From positions 1,162,969-1,226,968 of the forward strand of contig CAWENG010000004.1 of assembly GCA_963810515.1 (NCBI GenBank): a stretch of DNA of 64,000 nt, written 5' to 3'. Positions 61,959 to 64,000 of the stretch are shown piece after piece (position 1 is the first letter of the stretch; the number at the start of each line of letters is the position of its first letter). The translations under genes were made by a program, and so were the position numbers. The DNA is from an uncultured Acidobacteriaceae bacterium. Its GTDB lineage: Bacteria; Acidobacteriota; Terriglobia; Terriglobales; Acidobacteriaceae. The notes beneath the pieces are model-generated. The model saw nothing but the letters and a program-made list of their open reading frames with translations. It ran no database searches and was not told the origin of the DNA.

Positions 61959-64000
61959 CTAAACAGCGTCCTTCCTGGATTGTTTGGCCGCATACATGGC
62001 GTCGTCGGCGCTACTCAGCAGGCCATCCGCCGTATCTGCGTCTTCAGGATAAAGTGCGATTCCGACGCTGGCCGAACCACGCACCAAAAATTCTTTCCCT
62101 TTGAATGGCTCGTCGAAGCAGCATTCCAACCGTACGGCAATCTCCTCCACCTCGGCGCGATTGCGCACCTGGGAAACCAGCACCGCGAACTCGTCTCCGC
62201 CCAGCCTCGCCAGGGTGTCGCAGGGGCGCAGCTGCCGCTTCATGCGTAGCGCTATCTCCTGCAGATATTGATCTCCAGCCTGGTGCCCGAACTCATCGTT
62301 CACCTGCTTGAATTCATTCAAGTCGAGATAAATCAGGCCGAAGATGGCTGCCGATTGGCGTGCATGCTGAATCTGCGTGTCCAGCGCCCTCTTCATGACG
62401 AACCGATTTGGCACGTCGGTGAGCAGATCGAACTCTGATCGGTGCACGAGATCGGAGTAGAGCCGCGAGGTTTCAATCGCCAGAGTGGCCAATCCCGCGG
62501 CCATCGCGAGGGCCTCCTTCTCTGCGGGGCTGGGCTTGGAGCGCGCGTGGAATGCGGTAAAGATTGCGCCCAAGGGCGGGCCGGATCGGGAGGCAATCGG
62601 ATGCTCGACCGTGCGCAGCGAGTTGGAAGTGAGGTCTGCCGGCCGGTTTCCCAACGAGGCTCCATCCTCAATCCGGCACCAGCACGCAGCGCCACTCAAC
62701 CGGACTGAAACCAGCTCCGTGATCCGCTCCAGGATCTCTGCCAGCGGCTTCGAATGGTTGATATCTTCCAGAATCCTGCTTCGCCGCTGCTCCACGTACG
62801 CCAGCGATCCGATCTGGCGGCGAGTCTTGTGCTCGAGGTACCATCCGCGCATACCCACCGCGAGCGCCACGAACAGCAGCAATCCGGCCAAAATCATCGA
62901 GCGGCGCACATCGAGCCACGACGGTTTGCCAAGCACGGCGATATCGTCCGGGGAGCGCAGCAGAATATTGAAGTGCACAACTTGGCCGTCAGGAGTGGGG
63001 TAATCCTGAACGCAGATGCCGGTGACGCGAATCCGCGAGCCCACTTGCACCTTTTTCATCGGTGCCAGAGGCGGCGGATCCGCGTCCGCCGGATGGCGGT
63101 AAATGGCCTTAAATTCGTAATTGTCCGCGACTAGAACGTACTGGTCCTGTGCGGCCTCCGTGACTACGGCGGCAACCTGACCTTCGATCGATACCAAGTC
63201 GAAGATGTGCCGGCTTGAGGTCAACTGACGCCATGATGCCGGCTGCGGGCTCACGGGCACCGCAATCCCGCGATCCAGGATCTCGCCCGATGCCAACTGC
63301 GGAAAGCCGTTATCGAGAGTGGGAAAGCCAGTGGCGTCAGCCAGTTCCCCGACGCGCACCGGTGCGAAGCTCGTGGTCCTGATCCACAGGCTGGCGTCGC
63401 CTTCTTTTATCACCAATGCCACGCCGGGTTCGTAGTATGTCACCACGCCGGTCACCTTGACGCGGCGGGTCAGGTCTTTCACGTGATAGGCGTTCAGTAT
63501 CTGATCGATGGGCGTCGCCGCGAGCGACCACGGACCGGCGGCGGCGAGCTTCAGGACTTTGATATTCGCGATGCTGGGAAGTTGCAGCACCACGCCGGTC
63601 AGTTGCCGCTTGCTGTCGAACTGTGGTGCGGCCACGCCGGTTAGCTCGACCTCGGCATCGAGCAGGTTTGCCAGCGCCTGCGCATTGCCTTTGTTTAGAT
63701 ACACGTTCATCGACCCGTCGTCGGTAACAACATTCAGGGTTGCGCCCGGCTCCTGCGCGGTGGGAGGGTCATCCAGATTCGCGGCGCGCACCACGCCGCG
63801 CGTGGTCACCAGCACCGAATCGTACTGCGACCGGAGGAGTTCACCGAAGGTGGCGTGCGCCGGTTTGGGCAATGCGCCGTGCCCAATCACGGTGATGTCG
63901 CTGCTTTGCACAATGGGGCGGAAACTGTCCGCGGTCACGCCTTTGATCAGGACGCGATCGCCGGGAAGCAGGCGAGCGGCGGTGGTTGACGCTACGAAGA
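61959..64000 (-). CDS. Membrane-bound diguanylate cyclase (extracytoplasmic repeats, TM, GAF-like, GGDEF); 5' end outside the window
   Basis: DLLTDVPNR, DLNEFKQVNDEFGHQAGD, RPCD I-site five residues before GGDEF, ADDAMYAAK. Confidence 0.92.
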   Translation of the reverse strand, partial: FVASTTAARLLPGDRVLIKGVTADSFRPIVQSSDITVIGHGALPKPAHATFGELLRSQYDSVLVTTRGVVRAANLDDPPTAQEPGATLNVVTDDGSMNVYLNKGNAQALANLLDAEVELTGVAAPQFDSKRQLTGVVLQLPSIANIKVLKLAAAGPWSLAATPIDQILNAYHVKDLTRRVKVTGVVTYYEPGVALVIKEGDASLWIRTTSFAPVRVGELADATGFPTLDNGFPQLASGEILDRGIAVPVSPQPASWRQLTSSRHIFDLVSIEGQVAAVVTEAAQDQYVLVADNYEFKAIYRHPADADPPPLAPMKKVQVGSRIRVTGICVQDYPTPDGQVVHFNILLRSPDDIAVLGKPSWLDVRRSMILAGLLLFVALAVGMRGWYLEHKTRRQIGSLAYVEQRRSRILEDINHSKPLAEILERITELVSVRLSGAACWCRIEDGASLGNRPADLTSNSLRTVEHPIASRSGPPLGAIFTAFHARSKPSPAEKEALAMAAGLATLAIETSRLYSDLVHRSEFDLLTDVPNRFVMKRALDTQIQHARQSAAIFGLIYLDLNEFKQVNDEFGHQAGDQYLQEIALRMKRQLRPCDTLARLGGDEFAVLVSQVRNRAEVEEIAVRLECCFDEPFKGKEFLVRGSASVGIALYPEDADTADGLLSSADDAMYAAKQSRKDAV

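Overview
This 64-kb accessory region is GC-rich and looks acidobacterial (Terriglobia-like). That inference rests on an Oar-type TonB-dependent receptor, Ig-repeat surface proteins with a C-terminal TM-TM-GCGG tail, and characteristic REP-like palindromes. From left to right it holds: a GT4 glycosyltransferase; an intact IS66 with an 8-bp target duplication; a ~10-kb giant adhesin gene; three paralogous Ig/FN3 surface-protein genes; an amine/amino-acid catabolic island (acyl-CoA ligase, ald, two class-III aminotransferases, UroD-family protein, TBDT, Lrp, APC permease, MoaF, SnoaL); a membrane TPR protein; a ~13-kb multiheme cytochrome locus; IS scars; an MBOAT/acyl-AMP ligase/ACP/SGNH-TPR cassette with a carbamoyltransferase pseudogene; and a GGDEF gene. 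The standout is the cytochrome locus (42061-55422). It encodes two secreted OmcE-like tetraheme cytochromes, two TPR proteins, a SurA-like PPIase, an outer-membrane beta-barrel, two NHL propellers, a ~12-heme cytochrome that starts with an OmcE-like module, and a 16-heme cytochrome. Together these suggest a cytochrome-nanowire assembly and extracellular electron transfer system outside Geobacter. It has phased GTGA-N6-TCAC operators, a terminator after the putative subunit gene, and a sigma28-like promoter on the second subunit copy. Many genes between 46 and 53.6 kb are broken by small indels that look like sequencing or assembly errors. All family assignments come from motif recognition by eye, not from database searches.
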